Source: Novakomyces olei
Taxonomy: Eukaryota
Assembly (NCBI GenBank): GCA_016906335.1
Contig: JADEYG010000001.1
Span: 620,001-684,000 of the forward strand
Length of the DNA stretch: 64,000 nt
Reading direction: 5' to 3'
Every line of letters begins with the position of its first letter. Positions within the stretch are counted from its first letter, which is position 1. The notes beneath the pieces are model-generated. The model ran no database searches. It had not been told where the DNA came from and saw nothing but the letters and a program-made list of their open reading frames with translations. The translations under genes were made by a program, and so were the position numbers. Below are positions 50,865-62,300 of the stretch, in pieces.

Positions 50865-51493
50865 TTGCTTTTTTTTTGTTTATTTTTTATTTATTTATTT
50901 ATTTTTTATTTTTTATTTTTTTTATCATTTTTCTGTTTATCACAAATGGCAGTGCCGTTTCTTGTTGATGGGTCGCTTGTCCCTTTTAGTCCGGTGTTCT
51001 CGAATGGCGTTTTGCCCATTTCTGTTTTGACCAACAAACCAACCAACCAATTAATAATTTTTTTTCTACATTTTATTTTTTATTTCAATTAATTGATTTT
51101 TCTATTGATTTTGTAGTTTGGGGCAGAGGCCCTTATTATCGTTTATTTTGACATTTTCATCTTTTAGAATATCTTTATCCTTGAAGTCAAGATACCCTTA
51201 TTCTCACACGACTTTACGTGTTTCTTGTTACCATGACATTCATTTTTCAAAGGTTACATTGTTCTATTGTGACTACTATACCGTCGCGTCTTGTCTCTAG
51301 GTCATACAATGCTAATATGACAGAAGGACTTTCCTAGGCCGAGGCACGGCAAGGCACCGTATAACACGTCATGTGATTTTCCCAGAATCCGTTTCGACCA
51401 TGAGCGGTGCCATGCTATAAAATCCCTTTTATCTTTTATGTATCGAACAGAGTAATAAAGATCAGCATAGGGAATAAAGCAAATCAAACCGGT

Positions 51494-51973
51494 ATGGCTT
51501 CAGCGACAGAAGGAGCTCAGCAATGGTGGGAGAACACTCAGAGGTCAGAGGGCAGTTGGAACGGGCCGTACCGTAAAGCTGCAGAAGTGGCTACGGTCAC
51601 ACTAGTGCTGCTAACAAATGTTGTGGTTATGGCTCTGACGGGTATGCTGGTCGAGACCAACAGCACTGCGAGTAAAATCCTTTTGTTCTGGACGGCATTT
51701 TCGTTTTTGGTTTCAATTTATGCTCATTTTGCCCGGCGGACAGCACCACAGTACTACAAAAGAGCTGCTGTTAATGCACTGAAGGCCTGTATGGCTCTCT
51801 TATGGCTATGTTATTTTTTGGCTCTGTTTTTTGTCACCAAAAAATTTCGTAGACCTATTTGGGGAGCTGTTCATGGTCTGATTTTTTTGCTTAGCACTCT
51901 CTTCCTGGCGAGCCTGGCCTTTACAGTGTTTCCGCCGTTACTCCTGCCTGAAGATGGCAGTCAAACAGCATGA
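51494..51973 (+). CDS. Four-TM membrane protein, MARVEL-like
   Basis: 159-aa ORF with four hydrophobic helices. Confidence 0.65.
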   Translation: MASATEGAQQWWENTQRSEGSWNGPYRKAAEVATVTLVLLTNVVVMALTGMLVETNSTASKILLFWTAFSFLVSIYAHFARRTAPQYYKRAAVNALKACMALLWLCYFLALFFVTKKFRRPIWGAVHGLIFLLSTLFLASLAFTVFPPLLLPEDGSQTA

Positions 51974-53966
51974 TGATGATGACTATAAAATGAATTTAGT
52001 CTTTAAAATTCTATTTTCAATTTAATTTAATCAAGTTTGGCTTTTTTGGCCTTTTCCTGAGCCACTAGTGCTTGAGGAAAGACATTGCTTGCGTTAAAGC
52101 AGTGAACAGGGAATTTGATACCATTTACGGGGTACAAGGGCGGAGACATTTATAAATTATAGATTGAATTATTTTTTTCACATCTTTTGGACCATAACTG
52201 TACAAGTATGATTACATAGTGCTCTGAACAAATTTGTATGAGGGGGAATTAACCACGCGTGGGAAAATTCATCGTCGCCTGCAAATTCTTAGGGCTGTCA
52301 CTACTGTGCTACTACGTTGCCACACTCCTCTGCAAATTGACCTTGGTACTAGTGACAGGAATGCATGTGCTTTAGTAGGGGAACGCACATAGCAATTTGA
52401 CCGTAACAAAACCTATTTTATCAAGAAATTTCTCCTACAATGTACTCACAAGATTATTAAAACTCGTCGTGTGAATATGCCATTTGTTTACAACGGCCAG
52501 TTACAAACACGCCCTTATCTACTCACGTGATCGTAGTAGGGAAAATAAACAAATATTGATCAGCGCTCAACAATAATATATCTGCGTCTCGCCGCGCGTG
52601 TTATTTTGCCCGCTGTTGCGCGCCTTTGTTTCGGAAGAGTCCATAGTTAATCTGCTTTGACAGACAAACTAAGCACGTCTCAACGTATCGCACCGAATAC
52701 CGGAAAATATGCACTGCCACAATTAGCTAAACGTGCATTCCAACGACTGGAACGCGGCTAGAAAACGCGTACAACACGTAAATAAAAATAATAAATATAT
52801 ACGACACGTAAACTGCGCTAATCTGTTGCGTTACTTAATGTCCCGAAATGAAACCCAATAGAATAACATAATCATCGAGCGGCTTGCTGCCTCTTTCTCT
52901 GTCGCGCCCTTTCATACGGTTTGCAGAAAAATCCGTAATCATTATGTGAAAGCACGTTGGCACAGTCAAAAACTTTACACTAAAATTGTATCGTGTTGTA
53001 TCGTGTGGTCGGTCAGTTAGTATTTATTCGGTATAATGCCCCTTAACATTATCGCCCACATTCTCTTTTCTGCAAAAAAATAATATAGTGACGTCACGCA
53101 TTGGAGTAAAATAATGAGCAATAAAATCTAACAATAACAATAAAGTCTAACAACAGATAACGACTGGCAATTTTGTGAAGGATCCACGTGAAAGTCGTCG
53201 ACCTTTTCTAAAAATAATCCGATACCCTGTTTTGAGAATTCTCAGGTCGGCCAATAGTGGAAACGAAGAAACATTTTGACCTACGATCCTGACAATTTTG
53301 TGTGCGGGGATCGCTGTGCAACTCTGGAAGCCACGCGATCCTCAATATAGGCAACCGCTTGTCGTGGAAGAAAATTAACTCTAATTAGGAATCAGAAAAA
53401 GAAGAATGGAAAAATGTGCTAGGGGCGTGCGCATGCCGATCAACTCTCCAATAACAAGTGAGTAAATCCCTGCGCCGCTAACCGCGCTTACCTTAAGCCG
53501 CATTGGGTAAACATAAACAACAGTCCGCGTTGCAACAAGGAGTACATATTCCAGCCCAAATTGACCACCCACTTGGGACAAGTGGCGCAGAGCGTAAGTT
53601 TCTATAAATAAAAATAAAATTATATTGGCTGTAGGATGAACTCTATACCGCTTTCGGCTGTTTATTTCATTGTTTATTAACAGACTACTCGTTGCCATAT
53701 CCCATAATAGAAGCTAATTCGCGGAATTACTTGCTAAACGCTAGGATCAATCATAGCCAATGCTTAATATTACCACTACATCTACCGTGGATTGACCGCC
53801 TCTGGAATGCGGCTGCGGCGCCGACACGACACGACTGCATTCGTCGAATTACTTGCTCAAATATGTAGCTAAAAGAAATTAAAAGAAGAAATATTATACG
53901 ACAAATTTTATTACTTGCGCTTATGTTGATTTTAACGACTTTGATACGGGAGCCTTGGCCGCACCG

Positions 53967-53974
53967 TATAAATA
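53967..53974 (+). promoter_or_regulatory. TATA box (TATAAATA) of the cell-wall protein gene
   Basis: Consensus match about 175 nt upstream of ATG 54145, followed by a pyrimidine-rich leader. Confidence 0.55.
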
Positions 53975-54144
53975 GGGGCCCAGTTCCCCCTTCCGCCTTT
54001 TCCCTTCACCAAACAGTTCGTTTCCGTACGTGATACTCTTGACCTCAGGTTTCGTGTCCGTCCCACCTTTGACACTCGTTTAAATAACTTTTTTACACGG
54101 TTCTCGTAACTTTTCAGCAAACTTCTTCACCTTCTACATCAAAC

Positions 54145-54603
54145 ATGCAATTGATCAACGCTCTGCCTGTTGTTGCCCTCGCGGCCGCCGTTAAGGCCAG
54201 CTACATCAACAGCTCGAACTCGACTGGTGTCAGCACTGTTACTTTCCAGACCACTCTCACGGACTTGGTTACCGCCACCACTGTGTGCGAGACTGCTACC
54301 ACCTACAGCTGCCCCAACGGCTCTATGATCACTGCCACTCCCGGTGGAACTTATACCATCACCTCTGTGGCCACCCGTGTGATCACCACTAGCACTGTGA
54401 CCGAGTGCCCATGCACTCTGATGACCGGTACCTCTGGCCCAGGTGCTACTGGTACTCCCAGCTGGAACGGCACCACCCCTGGTGGCCCTGGCAGCAACAT
54501 GTCTACTGGTGGTCTGCCACCTTCCTCCGCTGCTGCCCCCAAGGCCGCTGCTGGTTTGGGAGCTATCGTCGGTCTGGCTGGCCTCGTTGCTGCTCTTCTG
54601 TAA
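54145..54603 (+). CDS. Small Thr-rich GPI-anchored cell-wall protein (Ccw12/Sed1/ccg-6-like)
   Basis: Signal peptide, TTVC...TYT...T.TECPCT motif, C-terminal GPI signal AGLGAIVGLAGLVAALL; C-ending codon bias suggests high expression. Confidence 0.88.
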   Translation: MQLINALPVVALAAAVKASYINSSNSTGVSTVTFQTTLTDLVTATTVCETATTYSCPNGSMITATPGGTYTITSVATRVITTSTVTECPCTLMTGTSGPGATGTPSWNGTTPGGPGSNMSTGGLPPSSAAAPKAAAGLGAIVGLAGLVAALL

Positions 54604-56343
54604 GCGGTTTACGGTCTAAAATAATCGACTTTGGGGACATGATTGTTCTTTTCGCAATGCAGTCTTGTGGCTTTCGGTGTGATATATACTTTTATTAATC
54701 GGAATTTAATCATACATTTTAATTATTCTTCTCTTCGACTCTTCATCTATTGATGATTACACTATTTCTCCATTTCAATTGTGCGGTGGGTGCAGCAATT
54801 GTTCAATGCTCCCGGCGTGCACTATCGTTATTTCTTATATGGATTGGGTTAGCAGTTGGTAAAGGAATATCTGCCTCAAGACATTGTATCATTGCATTTG
54901 ATTTCTTGCTGGATATGTTTCTTTCCGATGATTCCGAGAAAAATTCTTTTCCGATCCCCGCCTTTTAATTCTCGTTTCGGATCTGTTTAGAAATACGAAA
55001 TACTGTGCGGGTTTTTTTTGTTTAATATTGCGGTGTTTCAACGGTTATTTGAAGTTGAAAGGCTTGGCAGGCATATAAATTCTTGTCTTTGATGAAGCAT
55101 AATCTTTTTGGGTCATTGGCCGTTTTATGTTTTTGAGAATGGAAATTGAAATATGTATTACATACTTTGGTTCCAGTCTCGTTTTTTGATACTTGGGGAT
55201 AGTTATCCGATGGATGGCTACCTCAGGTGCCAAAGGGCAACAGCCTCGTCGACAATAGGAATCAAGATTTATTCTTTGATTTGTATCTTATTGTTCTTGA
55301 TAGGCAGAGCAAGTGAAATTCTAATAGTTTCTTGCTTTTTGTATAGTGTTAACTATTATTTTCCAAAAAGAAGTTTTAATATGAATATTAGTTTGAAAAT
55401 TTTTTCTTTCGAATATTATTTTATGATAAGTAAATTAAATTGCAGGTGTATAGTGACGTCATTATAAATTGGCTTGAGATCGTGTATTTTTAGATTCTTA
55501 TTTGGTTGAGAATCCCATAATTGTGGCGTGAAAAGGTATCTTTGCACACTCATAGCAACCAACAATTTCATCGGGTTGGATTACTTGTGTGTAAGTAGTG
55601 TTATTTTGGGAGACGACGTGCTTCTTCCTGCCGGTAGGATTGCTTGTACAAAACAATGAAAATAAACGTGAAGAGAACGTCTATAAAATCAATTTATTGA
55701 CGTTTACAACTATTATGCCTTTAGATAGCAGCATTAAGATAGAACCATTCTTCTTGTCATGATATCAACCGATATTTCACGCATTAAGTGGAAGCCATTT
55801 GAGTTTTGAAAGACATTTTTCATTGTTGGAGATATCGCTTTGCTCAAATATTTCGAGATAGAACACATAATACTTTATTGATATGACGTCATATCTTGAG
55901 GATACAACAATAAATGTATATACCGAACGGATTCTATTGAATTTTATAATCGATATTTTGAATGAGCTGTTATAGATCCTACGAAACAAATATAGAGATT
56001 TACCGATTATTTTCAAACTTCAATTTCGACTGATTAATATCGATTGACCCAATATTTCTGCTCGTATCTTGTAAAAAGAAGGCTAATCAGCGCCAACATC
56101 ATTGTTTTAGCTACTCTAATTGCTAGTGTCAGTGTCTTGATTTCAATTTAATTAGTGCCCATCAATAGTGAAACGTTTGAATAATCAGCCTTTAATTTTT
56201 AAATATCAATTAAACCGTATAATCGTCAATTCTTTATATTAAACAAATCAATTTATTTTACAAACTCAATTGACCAATTTTAAAAAGTTTACTTCAATTA
56301 GTTATTCATTTTATATTTCTGGTCAATTTCATAACCGATTATT

Positions 56344-59300
56344 TCAGTAAGTGTTTTCCGCACTGACGCTCCAAATCTCCGCTCGGTCTTCTACCAAATC
56401 CGGATCTTGTTCATCTCCGGCTTGCGTGTCTCCGCGTAACGCGAGTCGACGGTCACGTGCCGACGCGGCTAAGCGAACAGCTACGCGACGCGCATAATCG
56501 CCGACAGCACGCGACTTTTGCTCTTCGCCTTGCGACTGTAGCTCGGAGCAAATCGTGTCAACGTGCGCTAGTCCGTCTGCCTCGACGCGTAAAACAGCGA
56601 GAAAAGCCGACTCTGCTGCTAATTTTACGGGAACAATCGGAGTTCTCACATTAGCGAATAATGCCAGTACTATTCGGGAATCGATTAAATCGTGTTGCTG
56701 AGCAATTACCCTCAAAGCCACAAGAGCGAGTCTCTTCGTATCCGGAGAAGAAGAGCTTGAGGCCTCTAAAATTGAAGGTAAAAGAGTAGGCTTATATGTT
56801 TCGTACTGTAACAATAGCAGTTTAGCCGCTGCCAAAACGGAGTTTGTGGAAATTGATTCCATACTGCTCTCAACTCCGTTCGCAATAAGCTCCGTTATCG
56901 CCGAGAGTGTAGCAGGCTCTAATGCTAACAGAGCCTCGCCGGATTCCGTTAGTAGCGCGTTTATTACAAGCATATCGCCGACGGAGAGGCTCTCAGGGCT
57001 ATTGTACTGCACATTTTCCCGAACAAACTCTTCCCTTATCTCCGGAGAATCAAGCTTGCAAAGTAATGCTCCCGCCACTCGGGCGCTGGTCACATCTGCC
57101 GGCCGTGTTGCCTGTAATAAATCCATTACAAGTTTCTTGGACGATTCGCTTATACCAGTACGGCGAACTACTTCGTACAGCGCTCGGAGCATAGCCCGGC
57201 GAATGCCGGAGTCGGCGATACGAGCTCCCGCCACTAACTCCGAAACTAAAGCATCCACCCGTGTGTTTAACTCGATTAAAGAGCCGAGAGCCGTTGCCGC
57301 CCGTAATCTTACGGACTCACTCTGGTCTGTAAGGGCCTTTGCGAAAATTCGTTGCAATTGAGGAACGAACGGCCTTACGAACATCGGTATTTTTCGGAGC
57401 AATTTATCCAACGTTTCAAGTATTGCCGCTCGGACATCACTACTGAATCGTTCGCCGATAGTCCGGATCAGCGGGCCCGTAATTTGTGTAACGTACGGCT
57501 TTAACATACTCGGCTCGGCTTTACTGAGTATTTCTCCCAAGCCAATTGCCGCTTGTTCACGTGAATCTCCACTACCGTACATTAGAGACTGTAAAAGAAT
57601 GGGCAAGACCGAGTTAATTCCGTTGTTCTTAGCTCCGCCCCGATTGAACGCCGGCAACGGAGTTCCTTCTACTCCGGTGTTCTGCAGAGCCAGAGTCAGC
57701 GGCCTTACTAGACTCTCCATTTCGCTCTTGTTGATGCTCTGTGTAAGAGCGTTCTGAGCCTCCCAAGCAGCTTCCACAACTTTCTCGTCTGGATCGGCAA
57801 AGCAATGAACTAAAGCCGTGACAAGATCTGGTAAATGCCTCAGAACCGGAGAGTTTTCTCCGAAAAGAAGAGCAAGTTGCTCACAAGCAAGAGCTCGGCG
57901 TTTAGGATCAGCATCGCGGACAAGTGTAAGCATGTGTGATACTAAGAGTTCGGCACCGTCGCCCTCAACGCTCTGCATGACCGAGCGTAAAGCGTTACGA
58001 GACTCGGTTTCGGCGTTAACACTATCTCCGTCGGCGATAACATTCTTATCTCCGTCAAGAATGGCGGCAAAAAGAGCATCAACAATAGTGTCAAGACGGC
58101 GATTAACAGAAGGTCCAGCAACCTGCACTAATCCACCCAAAGCCCGAGCGTGGAACGCTGTCATTGGCTGCTTTAGCAGAGTCGGCATTATTATAGGGAA
58201 AACGACTTGACTACGTTTCACCATAATCTCTCTCAGAGCCAAAAGAGCAGCCTCTGCAGAAGTTTCCTGCTGAAGCTGAAGAAGTAATGACGGAATTATC
58301 GTGTTTACCACAACTGCAGCTCCGAAAACATCATGTAAACGATCAAATGCATCGGCCGCAGCTTCACGGACTCTATCATCTTTATCCATAATTGCCTCAT
58401 TAACAGCAAAAACAAGTGAATCCCGATAAGGCTCCAGATCCTCTGAAGCAGATGACATTAATTCCTGGAGAGCAATGCAAACGCCGACACGGTGACCTGG
58501 CTCTTGCTCCGACTCCAAGCCCTTCTGCAGTTCGGGGATAAGAGTTTGTAACGCACTTTCACCCATTTTCCGAACCAATTCTCCTAAAGTCCGAACACAA
58601 ACTCCGCGAATGTCTGGAGCACGTGCACTCAAATGCGAAATCAAAATGTCCACAATCGTTGAGAGAATCTCCCGAATTGTTCTCGGAGTATTACCTACCA
58701 CCGACGTCCATACGCTTATCGCCGAGACTCTTACGGAATGTACAACATCCTGCCGGATTATGTATATACCAGCCAATACACGGTCCCTCCGGCTTTGTCC
58801 GAGGGTCTCCAATAGAGCCTTTCCGCCAATAGACTTTTCTCTACTAGGCTCAAACTCGGAGGAATCATGACCATCTTCATGATAACTATTATTATTATCA
58901 TTATTGCTAATTCCTGCGACCTTGTATAAAAGATCCCCGACAAGCTGCACGGAGCTAGACCGAATCCGCCAGTCGGCGTTAAACATTCCTCGTTCTAACT
59001 CCGGAAGTAGCAAATCAACGGCTTTAGAAGCGTAACCAGTAACAATCATACGTCCCGCCCGGAGAGAGGCCTCTCTAACGTCATCGTTCTCATCAGCTAA
59101 GCCAGCAAGGATCGGAGGAATTGACTGGGCCAGGTAAGGCTGGTACCGTGCTCCGAAAGTGGCCGGGAGATAGATTAATAGAGATAAATAGCCGCCTCGG
59201 ATATAAGCGTACTCGGACCGGGTTTGCTTTAGAATATCAGGCAGCGTTTCCTCCAGCCTGACAAGTCCGAGACCGGCAAGGACTTCGGCCAGACCTTGAG

Positions 59301-62300
59301 CTGCACCTTGCCTGTCAACTCCACTGACATCGGACTTTAGTGTAGTAAAAAGATCGGAGATAAGGTGAGGGAACCTCGTTTCTCCCAATTTTTCCATCAG
59401 TAACCCTAAGGAACGAGCGGCTATAGCTCGGGACTCAGGTACTGGGTCGACCAGCACCTGGTAATGTGCCGGCATTAGCCGTGGCAGGTACGGGGCAAAA
59501 TCATCTGGCTCTGTAAGATTCGCCAGTAATCCAAAAATTTTGGCTGCTTCCTGTTTGGTAGAGGCATTTCTCTCCCTCAAACCCCGATGCACAATCGGCA
59601 TAACGAGAGCCAACGAGGGCGAGTCTATATAATGCACAAAGTAGGTCCGTAGCAATGCCGCTAACGCCGAGTCGGTTTCCTTATTGGGATCGCTTAAAGC
59701 CCGGAGCAGCGTCGGCACTAGCGATTGAACTTCAGGATTTTCGATCACCTCTCCAAAACGCAAAAGGGCCTTGTTAGCTGTAGCGCGTACCTGAGCATGA
59801 GAATCCGTGAGCACCTGCGTGAGCTTCGGCACAATAACAGGCAGGGAAACGGAGAGTTGACGTGGAGCCATAAAAGCCATTTGGCCGAGAATTTCAACGG
59901 CCGCTCGCTTCGGCCTCCACTGCGAATCCTGAGCAAGCGTCTCCAGCAGCGAAGGCAAGATCAGTTTTACACAGAACCCTGATATTCGGCTCATGACTTG
60001 CCGGGAAGCTTCAAGAGTTGCTTCACGGACATCACTAGCACTATCGCCAAAGGCGGTCAGCAATAAGGGAATCATTGCCGGAACGTACGGCTCAAAGAGC
60101 GATTCAAGTATCTGTGAAAATGATTGAATCAGAAACAGAGCTCCGCGACGGCCGACCGAGTTTTTGTTATCGCCGATCGCCCACTGGAGCATCGGCGTTA
60201 TTCCAAAATCCTTGAACGAACGAATACCTCGGCCCCGAACGAGTCCAGCGATGAAATAAGCGGCTCCTTTTTGTACGGCAAATGAGCCCTCGCGTAACTG
60301 CGGAAGCAATTGCATATAATAAACGTGAGCATCTGTCTTCATTTTGCGAACAAGGGGGAAAAGGCATTCGGCAATTGCAATCTGAACACTCTCTGAAGGA
60401 ATTGACATCGCTTCCCGTAATTTGTCTATTATGACTGTGATTCTTTCATCTCCAGCAGTAAAATATTTGGCAGTTGCTCCCAATAGGATTATAATTCCCT
60501 CCTTGTAACGATCAGTGGCCTCCACTAGCCGAGCCTGTAGTAGAGCAGAAAGCGGTTCTACGATATGACGGCCATGGCAATCTATAACAGAGAGAGCTGC
60601 CTCCAGCATCAACCGCCGGACCGTCTCGTTTGAATCGCTTAACGGCACCTGCTGGTCGCTGTCCCATTCAGTGATAAATTTCAGCGTATCAAGAGCAAAG
60701 TCGCCCACTAGAAACGGAGATAAGGCTCCGAGAGCAGAAGCAGAGCCGGCTCTCGGTTGCCAGACGTCGACTTTTTCATACCTTGACGAGGCACTTGTGT
60801 CAAAGTTCTTATTATTTTCTAATGCAATATTGCCAAAAATTGCATCAAGCGCAGGAGCCTGTACGGCATTTTTTTTATACAATTCAACAATTCTTTGCCA
60901 AACACTGTCAAGCACCGGGTCTTCCCTTTTATCGCTCCGAGATTCCACCGCTGCAGCCAATGATCTTGCTGCAATTGCACGAACAAAGGTCTCAGCGGAT
61001 TCTAAATAAGGATAAATTTCCGATATTAAATGCTCCGGAAAATTTAGCCCATTTTCTAGTAATATTCCAATCGCGAGCTCGGAGATTTGCTCATCGACGT
61101 CATTGGCAGAAAGAAACAGTTCGATGGGAAACGGATCTGGCGCAATTCTTAACGGTTGCATTGCTTGTAAGATACAAGTACGCACACCGACTTCAGAGCA
61201 AGTAACAAGAGCATTCAGAAGAATATTAAGCTCCGCATTAGTAATCATGCCAGCGGTAACAGAAGCAGCGGCAATTTGTGCTGCTGCATCTAACAGACAA
61301 GTCCGTGTTTCCTGATACTGTGCAGGATACTTGACCAAGAGCATAACTAGACACTTTAGAATTTGCTCTCGAGGCGATGTGGCTGATTGAAGCCTCTCCG
61401 AGTTCAGGGATACAAAATCTGTGCAGAGAATTAGTATTTCCGTCTTGTCCTCGGCAGAAACAGATTTCAGTAGCGGCAGCGCTTCCATACTGGCAATTAC
61501 AATAGTAATCGCACTCAAAAAGTCGACTAAAACAAGTGCAGAACTATCGGATATAAACCTCAACCGATGAAGCACTTTCTGTACTAGAGCTAAATCGAAT
61601 GTGTTGGCCAGCGTATCGGCATTTTTATTCGGATTTTTACTTTCATTTTCATTGTCAATGCTCCATAGCGTAGACAGGGCAGCGAACAGTGCGTAGGCCA
61701 TAGAGTTTAAACTGCCATCCGCTGTATTGAACAGACCGATCAATGTATCCTGCAAAATGTGTGAATCTTTGCCAAAAAGCAGTTGTGCATTGCTGTAAAA
61801 ATCACGGGTCAAAGTACGCAAGGCTGCGGAAAGCCAAGTTTCTACTTCGAAAGAAACAGTATTACATAGACTCTGTATTATTCGCAGGCCAGTATCCACA
61901 CGCATATAAAGCGCTTCCATCTCAGATCTCACAACACTTTCCAATGCCAATTGAGCATCAACAGCTGCCTGATCGTGTTTATTCAACGCCTTTTTCTGGT
62001 AAGCTCCACCGGCTGCTGCTTTTTGTTGAGCATGTTTTCTGACTTGAGCTTCCCATTGAGCAGTTTCATCATTTATATTTCTGGTGCCAGACTCGCTTTC
62101 CTTCTTTTTTGCCAATACATTATTATACAGATTGCCCTCTGGAGTCTGCCAAATGGCAATGGACTCGGTATGCACACGTGACCAAGGAACATTTGAAAGC
62201 AATCGGGTAAAAAGCCGGCAAATTGACGGAGTGGAAGTCTGCGGATTATAGAAATTAAGCTGCCCAACTGCCCTTAACGCCGCCGGCCGTCGCTTATCTT

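Noticed and set aside
55045-56300. Short AT-rich ORFs between the wall-protein gene and GCN1
   Set aside because: No motifs or coding-like composition; cannot be supported as genes or transposon relics
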